A stretch of 64,000 bases of DNA, taken from the human T2T-CHM13v2.0 reference genome, Homo sapiens. The notes beneath the pieces are model-generated. The model was given only the letters and a program-made list of their open reading frames with translations, searched no databases and was not told where the DNA came from. Below, in pieces: positions 16,341-38,579 of the stretch. Location: the NCBI RefSeq assembly GCF_009914755.1, contig NC_060926.1. One strand, written 5' to 3'. The first letter of the stretch is position 1, and the number at the start of each line of letters is the position of its first letter. The translations under genes and the position numbers were made by a program.

Positions 16341-16799
16341 AAGGGAATGTAAATTCATTTCATTATGAGACTCTGTTGACACGCTTGAGATAATTAGAGA
16401 CACTTGAAAGCAGTCACACCAGAACTGTGAATCACTGAATTAGAAGTAAATGTCAAGTACACTTGAATAATCGAACAGAATATACTAAGACTATGTTATC
16501 TGATTAGTTCCAAGCCTTTATGGCAACGATGCCACTTATCTCATTATGAAATGTCTTTCAGTACAAAAAAAATGACCATCATTGAAAACTTCTCAAGCAG
16601 GCATGACCTCACAGTGTCCTTTAGCATCAGGAATAAATGGGCACTCATCCAGCCTCTCCCAGGTGACCGTCACCTACCAAATGCCACAGCTATGCTGCAA
16701 GAGGTGGGGCAAAGAACAGCACACCTAGCTTTCTTGAAACTTTCCTTCCTTCACTTCAGTAAATCCATTTCCTCTAGGTCTTTCTTGACTCTTCAACTT

Positions 16800-16965
16800 T
16801 TCATTTATTTATTCAGTAAATACTGATTGTATGAGTGCAATCAGACTCTGTGCTGGACACTGGGGATACAGTGGAGGGCGGGGTTTGTGGGCCAACCACA
16901 GGTTGATGTCATGAGTGCTGTGAAGGTGCCATGGAGTGCCTAGGAGGGGGTCCCAACCCAAATAT
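16800..16965 (-). mobile_element. L2 3' fragment
   Basis: tcatttatttattcagtaaatactgattg...tgtgctggacactggggatacagtgg. Confidence 0.6.
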
Positions 16966-17014
16966 CTTCTTGCCCTTCTCCTGTCTCTAAGTATTGTCAC
17001 TTTCTAAAACTCAT

Positions 17015-17377
17015 TGATATGATTTGGCTCTCTGTCCCCACCCAAATCTCATCTTGAATTATACCCCCATAATTCCCATGTGTTGTGGGAGGCACCCAGT
17101 GGGAGACAATTGAATCATGGGGGCGGTTTCTCCCATACTGTTCTCATGGTAGTGAATAAGTGTCATAAGATATGATGGTTTTATAAGGGGAAACACTTTT
17201 CACCTGGTTCTCATTCTCTCTCTTGCTGCTTCCATGAAAGAAGTGACTTTCGCCTTTTGCCATGATTATGAGGCATCCCTAGCCACGTGGAACTGTAAGT
17301 CCATTAAACCTCTTTCTTTTGTAGATTGCCCAGTCTCAGGTATGTCTTTATCAGCAGGCTGAAAATGGACTAATACA
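17015..17377 (+). mobile_element. THE1 (THE1C-like) MaLR solo LTR
   Basis: tgatatgatttggctctctgtccccacccaaatctc...aaaatggactaataca; TG..CA ends; perfect 5-bp TSD ctcat. Confidence 0.93.
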
Positions 17378-18284
17378 CTCATTTTTGTGCAAACCTACCT
17401 AAAATGGCATTTATTGGCAGAATATTGGTGCAGAACAGGGATGGCCATGACCAGCAGACTGGCTGGATTGCAGGTGGCCCCAGCAGGGAGACTCTCACAG
17501 TTGGTGATGAGAGAAGTTCACACTGTAGGTCAGTCAGCATCAAGAAGGTTCAAGCAGCTGGGAAGTGATGAAAACCCTGGTAGGCAGGTGAGAGCTTGAT
17601 AGGCAGGTGTTCCACTAATCCAGCAGTGGTCATGTGGATTCAGCCTCAGTGTTCTGGGCCAGGACTAGGATGGGGCTTTGTCCAGAGAGACTGGGAGACT
17701 GAGCAGGGGATACAGGCATGGACACAGACATGGGCATGATGGGGAGGGGTAGTGGTCAGTGAAGGATTCCTTGAAGAAGGGATGTCTGAGCTGAAACCTG
17801 AAGACTGACTCAGAAGTAACTAGACAAATAGAGGAGGAAATGATTCCAGGAAGAGGGAGCAAAATGTGAAGGCTCGAGAGAAGAAGCTACCAATGCCTGC
17901 TATCTGAACAGAATCAATGAGTTCCCTTTCTACTTAGATTGAATGAGAGCTCAGAAACCTTCACACCTGGAGAGTTTGGCCAGGCCCTGAAAGACATCAA
18001 GAAGTCTGCAAAGGGGACAGAATCCAGGAGTGACGCTCCTTCCTACCTAAAGAGAATATTAATGACCTTTGCATGGTTGTTTGGAAGGTCGTGAGGTGGC
18101 CAATTTTCAGGCTCTTCTCTCTCTTAGGGATAGCTAGGTGATAGGAAAGAAAACAAGAGGCTCTTATATATTTTACTTCCACAAAGTAAAAGTGGAATCC
18201 CCATAATGGATTATTTTGCTTTAAACAGTATTTTAAAAAGGTAAGAAAAGAAAGAAAAGCAGATATTAAAAGCATTTCCCAGCT

Positions 18285-20157
<1,873 letters not shown>

Positions 20158-22479
20158 TGTTTTTCTTCTTTTAAAAGTCAAATCCTCTTAAGTTTCTGTA
20201 TGTTCTTCACTTCTCGCCAATGCTTTCAAATAATTTTTTTAAAATTTTGTCTGGAGTTTAAATTATCAACAGGAGAATTAATTCAATATAGAATTACTGG
20301 GACAGGGATAGCATGGAAGTTGATTTTATTCTGTGTATCTGACTTAAAAGGCTGTGATTCCAAAGCAAAAGTGGTAAGAATGCTCAAACAACTAATTTGG
20401 GTAGTAGGGGAGTTTAAGAGCCAAACCCGGACTTTCGTAGAGTCTAAAATTGGCATTCAGGACAGGGAGCCTGGAGAGCAGTTAGGAGGCTGAGGTCTTT
20501 GTGTGGGCATGTGTTGAAAGCTCATTTTAGAGGGGTGGTGATGGAAACAGGGATGGTACAGGAGGGTTTAGCTAGACAAGAAAGACCTGGGTCTCACTGA
20601 ATAAGGAGGAAAAAGGAGAAGGAAGAGACAGAAATTACTCTTCAGTTTTGATCTTGAAAGACAGAAGGGCACGACTCTTGAGAAAGGCATGGAAATTGGG
20701 AAGGGATGTTACAGGCGAAGGTGATGAATAGTTCACAGGGAGGAGGCAGTGTTGAAGGTCAGTTAGGGTAGAGGTAGTGATCTCTTTTTGGGAGAGTGTA
20801 GAGAGAGCCATGTGGAGACCCGGGGACTGATCCTGAGCAAATACTGGCATTTAGAGGATGGAAGAAGAAAGTAGAACCTTTGAGAGAACCTTCTCTGGAA
20901 CTAATCTAGAAGAGGCATCAGAGAGGTAGAAGGGGATCTGTAGGAGAATCTGTTAAGAATAAGGAGACCTGGAGAGTGCGGAAAGCTCAGAGGCCTAAAG
21001 TGGAGGAGTGGGGACAAGAAAAGACCATCAGAGGCAAGCAGGTTGCTGGCAGTGACAGTGGTGAGAACAGAAGTCATCATAGGTTAAATAGGAAGTGAGC
21101 TTAGTTACTTTAAAAAAATCATCTGCCTTTAATGCAGTCCTATCCCTCATCCACCAGCTCTCCCAATCTCAGGTCAGGCTCTTTGTTGCCTCTGGGAGAC
21201 TGGCAGTTGCAGTTGTTGCCAAGTGGCATTTACAGGCTCAGCTCCCTGAGGATTAACCACCCAGAAGAGGATTCAGCTCTGAGGACAGAGAGATGAGCAC
21301 ACCAGTTGAGCAGCCTAACCTCCCCATGTTTGGAAGATAAATGCTTCCCATCCCAGAATTTTAATTTGAGCTTTCCAACCTTTCCTGCTTTCCAAACATT
21401 TGGCTAAGATGATGGATAACATTTAATTGTATACGTGTCTTCCTCAAAGCATTTTAAACAACCTTTTCCTAGGATCCAAATTGGCTGGAGATAAGGCAGG
21501 AGGGAGACTTTGTTCCTTAAGCACCATTTTCCCTTTTACAATCTCATCATCAGCTTTTTGGAGCTGGTCTCAGGTGACATTAACGTAGAGCTGGCTGTGG
21601 ACACAGCAGGTTCTGGGCCCTGATTAGGGTGCCCCTCCCAAGCTAAAAGACTAAGGCATGAATTAACTGAGAATAAGGGTGAGAAAAGAGGAGGTGGAGA
21701 TGCTTTCTGGGGTCCAGTTTGATGAATGGAGAGGTCATTAAGCAAGATGGAGAATATAGGAGGAATGATGTGTTTGGAGAAGATTATGACCTCAGTTCTG
21801 AACTGTTTGGCTGGAGGAGTCTGTGAGATCCAGATGCTACTCAGTAGTCAATGTTATCTATGAGTTAGGGTTCGGAAGAGAGCTCAAGGGTGGGGATAAA
21901 GAGTAACTGGGACATAGACTGTTGGGCATGGTGTCTCTGGATGCTTGGTTGAGTTGCTCCAGTCCTTCCCAAAGTCCTTCCCATGGATTAAAGAATGCGT
22001 CCTAAACAACCTGGATGGAGAACAACTCTAAGCAGAATTTTCAGAATTGAAAAAGCCCCCAGCAGAGGGTCAGGACAGGTGGGTTCTAATTTCAGCTCCA
22101 TTTTAATTTACAGTGTGACCCAAAGCAAATAGCTTCTTGTCTCTGGGACTTGATTTCCTCATTTGTAAAATGAGGGGATCAGCTTTCGTCGTCTTCCTCC
22201 ACTAGCGCCTAGGCATCCATAGCACTGTCTTAAAGGGGTCCCCAAATGAGGTAGGTTAGAAGGAATTAGACACCTTGACAGAATACAATCAGGCCTTAGA
22301 GCCCTAGAAAGAAACTTGGAGTGGTATCCTTGAGAGCAATGGAAGGAAATAGTACTTTTTACCAACTTGCTGAGTACTTAGAATGCACCAGGCACAGAGG
22401 AGGGCCCTCCGCTTCCGCTTCCATCATGTTTCCTCCTCACAATGCTGAGCTTCTGTGGCTTAGAGAGTAAAGGAGTTAG

Positions 22480-22935
<456 letters not shown>

Positions 22936-22996
22936 AATCCTGTAAACATTTTTTGATGCTGTATAGGTAATCAGTAATAGAATTTAAAGAATTATA

Positions 22997-25969
<2,973 letters not shown>

Positions 25970-26245
25970 TAGGATGGGAGAGAGAAGGTAGCTCAAAGTG
26001 ATGATTATTCTACCTGCCTCAAACACAGTCTGTACCTTCCTGTTGGCCCAAGACTTGAGAGAAATTTTCACAGCAATGGAGCCTTGCATAATTAGATATT
26101 CTTCCTCTGCAGATTGGGATATAGAAAGGAGGACATTTTCATTTAATGAGAGGATCACACATGGCTAAGAACAGAAGTTAGGAGTTAGGATAGAGATGTG
26201 TTCTTCACCATTAATCCTACCTATAGTAAAGTGTGTTGCACTACT

Positions 26246-26805
26246 TGTCTCAATCTGGGTTCAATCAGGGAAGCTGAACCACTGTGAGTATTGTGGATTA
26301 AGGAATTTATTAGAGGAACTAGACCTTATGCAATTGTGAGAGAATCTGGGGAAACACAGGTTTGTGAAGGGAAGTTGAAGAATCAGAGGAAGAGTCATTG
26401 ACTGGCCCTTGTGCTGGCAAATGAACTGAAACTTGCAGGGAAATCTGGAAGCCAGGCACGTTCTACCGTTGGTGTAGAAGTCCATAGAAGGTGGTGGACT
26501 CAGAGTAGCCTCTGCAGATTTGAAGTAAACTCTCTGATGATGGGGCCTGGGCTTACTACTGATCGGCAAGGTTGACAATCAGGAAAGAGCTAGAAGGAGA
26601 GCTAGTCACAGAGTGGGGTGCCTGCCTGCACCTCTGTGGTGTCTCTCACCTCCTCTGACATATGACAAATGCAGAGCTTGATGGCTGTGGCTTCTGTCCC
26701 CCACCTCTCACTCAGCTGTACCTCTGACCCAGGACCATACAGGTGAGGGGTTCTGTGAGACAGAGTTCTCAACATAGCCAAGTTGATGCTAGAACCATTG
26801 AGCAC
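26246..26805 (-). mobile_element. Old ERVL-class LTR (subfamily uncertain)
   Basis: tgtctcaatctgggttcaatcagggaagctgaaccact...ggaatttattagaggaactagaccttatgcaattgtg resembles ERVL LTR ends. Confidence 0.45.
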
Positions 26806-27369
26806 ATTATTATAGTGATGTAATATAATTGATGATTGCTTTGGTTTGTTTTTATATTTACTAATTCATATTTTGCCTCATTTCAAAATAGGATTTTTGA
26901 AGCAGCTTAGAGAAACATTAGAAATTGAGTGAAATTGTAAAAGGAAGTGATGGAGGCAGAGAAAAATGTGTAGGGCAATAAAATAATTCAAACTTAGTGG
27001 CAGTGTTCAAGAAATCCATCTAAGAGCCTGTTTCATTGAAGATGGGGCTATGGATTGGGCTCAGAGCATCCTCAGAGCCAAAGCAAATATTTTGTGACAA
27101 AGATCATCACAAGGGGAGTGGCAAAGATTTTCCTGATCCTGTGAACTAAGGGAAATATCTCCTAGGGGTCCTCAAAAATATCCCTTTGATAAGGTGTCTT
27201 GGAACCATTCAGTGAAATCTGTGCTCTGAGGAATTAAAACAAGGAAGACCTGGCATGTGCTCTAGGCTTTCCTGGCCTCATCCAGACCCTATCCTGCCAG
27301 AAAGCGGCCAGGAGACAATTTCTAAACATTACAGCTATATGATTGGATGGTTTGTATATTCTTCAAGCT

Positions 27370-28019
<650 letters not shown>

Positions 28020-28047
28020 TTTCAGGTGGTCCTCCATAACTGATTAA

Positions 28048-28287
28048 CCCATTTCCCGTTTAGAAAAAAAAGTGCCGCTCGCTGCCAGCGCTCATTTAAT
28101 TTGATGTAAATATGCTTTTTGATGCTGAAGCAAAGCTGACCGATTTTCAGTGTGAAAATAAAATATAAAAACTGTTCTTGGAGTTATTTCTAAGCAGAAC
28201 TTGTCTCTAATCCTAGTGTAACAGAAATGTATATGATGTTACACTAGGATTAGAGACAAGAGCATTCTCGGGGCAAACGGAAATGAG
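28048..28287 (-). mobile_element. MER75B piggyBac-family MITE
   Basis: TTAA TSDs at 28044-28047 and 28288-28291; TIRs cccatttcccgttt / aaacggaaatgag; 240 bp; internal 24-bp perfect inverted repeat. Confidence 0.9.
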
Positions 28288-28304
28288 TTAAGAAAGTGGG
28301 AGGC

Positions 28305-29081
<777 letters not shown>

Positions 29082-29558
29082 GTTACCTGGAGATCACTGA
29101 AGATCCCTCCACTGGTTTTGATGGACCGACAGGTTTGGGGCCGTGACCTGTGCTTTGCTGAAACCCTGCCTGGCTCCAGAGTCAGACAGATGCCAAGTGA
29201 GGTCAAAAGCAGGTGCTGTATAAACCAGGACTTCCTCTCCATGGATGGCTAGGCTGGCATTGCAATAGCAATGTGGGCTGACACCCCGACTTTCTGAGAG
29301 TGAGGGGACAGAGGTAGAAGCCCCAGGAAGGCAGGGCCTAGTAGGCAAAGTGAATAATGAGGTTTCCACTTCAGCAGTACACTCCCCTAAGCAAGAGGGA
29401 TGGAGGCCGAGCTCAAGGCCTGGCTCAGAGCCAGATGCTTGGGAGAGGACTAGAGTCTCATGGGGGTGGTGATGGTGGTGTCAGCACTTAAAGTACTATT
29501 TTTCTATTGTCAAAATTGCCTTCAGAGGCCCTCAATTTTCCCACAAAGTCTAATGGTT

Positions 29559-29896
<338 letters not shown>

Positions 29897-30273
29897 TTAG
29901 AAATTCTCTTTTGCTCACTAACATTTAAGAGCTACTAATATGGTGGCACAACACTGCAAATGTAATGTATGCCACTAAATTTTACTCTTAAAATGAGTAA
30001 AATTTTAAATTACTCATTTTGTAATTTTTGTTGTGTGTATTTTAGTACAAGAAAAATGATAAATTGAGGTAAAATATAAAAATGCATATTTATGTTACAT
30101 TTATTTTACCACCACCACCAAAAAAAAAAAAAAAATCACTGAACTGGACAACAGGATGTGAACTCTGTGTGGATGTGGGCATTTAAAGAATTACCCTTTT
30201 ACTGTCTAACAGGAGGGTGGGTGGGCAATTCCAAAGAGCTTTTGCTTGTCTGCAGGAGTTATTCTATTCTGAA

Positions 30274-30524
30274 TTTTTTTTTTTTTTTTTTTGACGGAGT
30301 CTGCAACCTCTGCCTCCCAGTTTAAGTGATTCTCATGATTCAGCCTCCTGAGTAGCTTGGACTACAGACATGCACCACCATGCCTGGCTAATTTTTGTAT
30401 TTTTAGTAGAGACGGGGTTTCACCATGTTGGCCAGGCTGGTCTTGAACTCCTGACCTCAAGTGATCTGTCCGCCTCAGCCTCCCAAAGTGCTGGGATTAC
30501 AGGCGTGAGCCACCACACCCAGCC
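30274..30524 (-). mobile_element. AluS (Sx/Sz) with deletion near 3' end
   Basis: gacggagtc joined directly to tgcaacctc. Confidence 0.9.
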
Positions 30525-30691
30525 CTCATTCTGGCTTTTTTCATTTTGAACTTTTTACTATGGAAATTAAAAACAAAACAAAACAAAACAAACAAACAAA
30601 CAACACTCAAATAGTGAAGAGAATCCAGCAATGCACCGTCTTTGAGTCTGGGACCCAGCTTCAACAACCATTAAGGTTTGTTGTTCTTTTT

Positions 30692-30722
<31 letters not shown>

Positions 30723-31535
30723 TTTTTATTTATTTATTTATTTTTTATTATTATACTTTAAGTTTTAGGGTACATGTGCACATTGTGCAGGTTAGTTACA
30801 TACGTATACATGCACCATGCTGGTGTGCTGCACCCACTAACTCGTCATCTAGCATTAGGTATATCTCCCAATGCTATCCCTTCCCCTTCCCCCTACTCCA
30901 CAACAGTCCCCAGAGTGTGATGTTCCCCCTCCTGTGTCCATGTGATCTCATTGTTCAATTCCCACCTATGAGTGAGAATATGCGGTGTTTGGTTTTTTGT
31001 TCTTGCGATAGTTTACTGAGAATGATGATTTCCAATTTCATCCATGTCCCTACAAAGGACATGAACTCATCATTTTTTATGGCTGCATAGTATTCCATGG
31101 TGTATATGTGCCACATTTTCTTAATCCAGTCTATCATTGTTGGACATTTGGGTTGGTTCCAAGTCTTTGCTATTGTGAATAATGCCGCAATAAACATACA
31201 TGTGCATGTGTCTTTATAGCAGCATAATTTATAGTCCTTTGGGTATATACCGAGTAATGGGATGGCTGGGTCAAATGGTATTTCTAGTTCTAGATCCCTG
31301 AGGAATCGCCACACTGACTTCCACAATGGTTGAACTAGTTTACAGTCCCACCAACAGTGTAAAAGTGTTCCTATTTCGCCACATCCTCTCCAGCACCTGT
31401 TGTTTCCTGACTTTTTAATGATTGCCATTCTAACTGGTGTGAGATGGTATCTCATTGTGGTTTTGATTTGCATTTCTCTGATGGCCAGTGATGGTGAGCA
31501 TTTTTTCATGTGTTTTTTGGCTGCATAAATGTCTT
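30692..31535 (-). mobile_element. L1PA2, 3' part (ORF2 C-terminus, 3' UTR, (AAAT)n tail)
   Basis: cacccactaaCTCgtcatc (GAG, not Ta ACA or pre-Ta ACG) and cattgtgcagg; open ORF2 end [12 protein letters not shown]...IFSLIGGN. Confidence 0.92.
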
Positions 31536-31549
31536 TTTTTTTTTTTTTT

Positions 31550-31817
31550 GCTTTAAATGTTGTTTTATTTATTTTGTTTGTCACTTCAATTAAGTGATCA
31601 GAAGGTACAGACAATATATAAACATTACAAATGACCCAAAAAAGGCTGAGTGGTTCCAGCCAACATAACAGGTTTTCATAACAGAATGAAGACATCTTAT
31701 TTCTTGATTTCATCTGACCTTATAGCTTAGCTGCATGAGCTAAAGCTGTGTTGACCAACACAGTAGCCAGGAGCCACACTGAAACACACTACTGGGCACT
31801 TACACCTTGACTAGTTC
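31550..31817 (-). other. 3'-transduced segment 2 of the SVA
   Basis: Lies between T16 (31818-31833) and T16 (31534-31549); minus-strand AATAAA at 31564-31569, ~14 nt before the A tail; inside the SVA TSDs. Confidence 0.85.
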
Positions 31818-31833
31818 TTTTTTTTTTTTTTTT

Positions 31834-31932
31834 GCCCTTCTATCTTTTTTATTAGTTTAACATTAAAACAATTGAGCCAGTGACATTTTTATCCTCTGAT
31901 ATGTCTAGCCTAGTAATTATTCAATAAATGTG
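31834..31932 (-). other. 3'-transduced segment 1 of the SVA
   Basis: Lies between the SVA (AAAT)n tail and T16; minus-strand AATAAA at 31848-31853, ~14 nt before the A tail. Confidence 0.85.
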
Positions 31933-35210
<3,278 letters not shown>

Positions 35211-35443
35211 ATGTTGTTATTGTTAATATACCCCTCCAGTGTTTTTCAAAATTCTCTCAGTCCATCCAGAGCATGTCAGGAAAAGCTCAAGCAGGGGTCT
35301 AAGGTATGAGCGGGTGAAACCTATTCTGCAGGGAGGTAGATGAAAAATGATCTGAGCTGGGAATAGAGTGAATGCCAGTAGTCACTGGGCAATGGGATGT
35401 AGAATCCCAGCTCTCTACATCACCCAGCTCCTGAATCTAGACA

Positions 35444-35625
35444 CTTTCAACTTCAAGTGTGGTCTTGGGATTGGCAGCATCCATACAACCTGGGAGGTTG
35501 CCAGCCTTGCAGAACCTCAACCCCTGCCCAGACCTGCTGAATCGAAAACTCTGCGGGTGGGGCTCAGAAACGTGTTTTCACACACCCTTCAGAGATTCTG
35601 TTGCCTGCTCAAATTAGAGAGCATC
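35444..35625 (+). mobile_element. MER5A
   Basis: caagtgtggtc...cccagacctgctgaatcgaaaactctgcgggtggggctcag. Confidence 0.75.
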
Positions 35626-35721
35626 TTCAACAGCAAGTGAGGTGTATGGGAATGTAGGATAATATCCCCAACTACATGATTCATAACAAGTTGCTGATAG
35701 ATGAATAAAGAAAAGACAGTT

Positions 35722-35886
35722 GGAATAAATGAGCAGTTGAAGTAAAATTACTGTATTATTGGGGGAATAAATGAGCAGTTGGAGTAAAATTATTGTATTA
35801 TTGGGGGAATAAATGAGCAGTTGGAGTAAAATTACTGTATTATTGGGGGAATAAATGGGCAGTTGAAGTAAAATTACTATATTATT
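35722..35886. repeat. 42-bp minisatellite, ~3.9 copies
   Basis: ggaataaatgagcagttg(a/g)agtaaaatta(c/t)tgtattattggg starting at 35722, 35764, 35806, 35848. Confidence 0.95.
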
Positions 35887-36025
35887 TATTCATTTATTTA
35901 ACACACATTTGTTGGGCCAGGTGTTATTCTGGCACTGTGGATATAACTAAACAAAACGGACAAAAACTCTTGGCCTTGTTCTCGTGGGGAAACTTAATAA
36001 TTGAGATAAAAGAATAAAAGATGTG

Positions 36026-36471
<446 letters not shown>

Positions 36472-36489
36472 CTAAAGAAGGCCTGTGGA

Positions 36490-37178
<689 letters not shown>

Positions 37179-37370
37179 TCAGGAAGCAAGGGGACAGCCG
37201 GTGCTAGAGTCCTGAGGCATAGCACTAAGGAGGCAAGTGTGGCTGGAGCACAGTGAGTAAGTGGGGGAGAGCTGCAGGAAGTGTGGCCAGATTGCTAACA
37301 GCGGACATGCCGTAAAGGGTCTCACAGACATTACGAGGACTTTGGCTCTTACACTGTGTGAGATGGGAAG

Positions 37371-37840
37371 TGTATTCATTTTCTTGTTGCTGCTATCATA
37401 AATTACCACAAATTTCGTAGCTTAAAGCAATGTAGATTTATTCTCTTTCAGTTCTGGAGGTCAGAAGTCCAAAAACGAGTCTTCTATGGCTAAAAGCAAG
37501 GTGTCTGCAGGGCCAGTTCCCTCTGGAGACTTCAGGGGATGATCCAGTCCTTGCACTTTCCAGCTTTGAGAGCCCACTGGCACTCCTTGGCTAGTAGCTG
37601 CACCACTCCAAACTCGGCTTCTGATATATCTCCTTCTCTGACTTGGACCCTCCTGTCTTCCTGTTTTAAAGACACTCATGATGACATTGGGTCCACCTGG
37701 ATAACCCAGAATAATCTCTCCATCTCAAGATCCTTAATCACATCTGCAATATCTTTTTTACTGTGTAAAGTGACATCATCTCAGGTTCTGTGAAATAGGA
37801 TGTGAAAATATTTGGGGAGAGCATTATTCAGCCTACCACA
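37371..37840 (-). mobile_element. MLT1C-like MaLR solo LTR
   Basis: aaattaccacaaatttcgtagcttaaa...cagttctggaggtcagaagtcc...cattattcagcctaccaca. Confidence 0.85.
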
Positions 37841-38023
37841 AGAAGCCATCAGAGCTGTGACAGTGTTATGTGCTTTCTAAGAGTCATTACAGATACTGTG
37901 TTGAAAATTGTTTTGGGTAGGCAAGAGTGGAAACAGGAAAATTAGTTATTATATCAAAGTCCATCTACTCTTTAACTCCTAAGGACCTTGTAGGCTGTTC
38001 CCACACAAATGAGCATGTAATTC

Positions 38024-38437
38024 TGTTATGGGCTGAATTAAGTTCTCCACCCTAATCCATATGTTGCAGCCCAATCCCTCAGTACCTCAGAATGTGACTG
38101 TATTTGGAGACTGGGTCTTTGGAGAGGTAATTGAGTTAAAATGAGGCCATTAGCTAGGGGTTCCTAAAACACTCTGACTAATATCCTTATAAGAAGAGGA
38201 AATTTGGATACACAAAGAGACAGCAGGGATACGAGTACACAGAGAGAAGGCCACATGAGGACATGGCGAGAAGGCGGCCATCTGCAAGCCAAGGAGAGAG
38301 GCATCAGAAGAAACCAAACCTGCCACCCTACACCTTGGTCTTGACTTCCAGCCTCCAGAACTGTGAGAAACAACTTTCTGCTGTTTAAGCCACCCACTCT
38401 GGGTATTTGTTTATGGCAGCCCTAGCAAACTAATACC
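38024..38437 (+). mobile_element. MLT1B-like MaLR solo LTR
   Basis: tgttatgggctgaatt...cctcagaatgtgactgtatttggaga...ttatggcagccctagcaaactaatac. Confidence 0.88.
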
Positions 38438-38579
38438 AATTTTAAATGCTTTCCTGAAACCCAGACACAGACCCTCCTCTTAATCCCCTAGTTCAGGATT
38501 CCTGTCAGGAAAGGAAGTCACCTAGTTGGCCAGATATTTTTGAAGCAATCCTCCCTACATCCTAGGAATGAACAATTGA

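Noticed and set aside
17107-17119. DUX4-type site in the THE1 LTR
   Set aside because: Reads caattgaatca rather than taattgaatca, so the core TAAT is broken
35722-35886. Regular repeats superficially like a CRISPR array
   Set aside because: Head-to-tail units without unique spacers, in primate DNA
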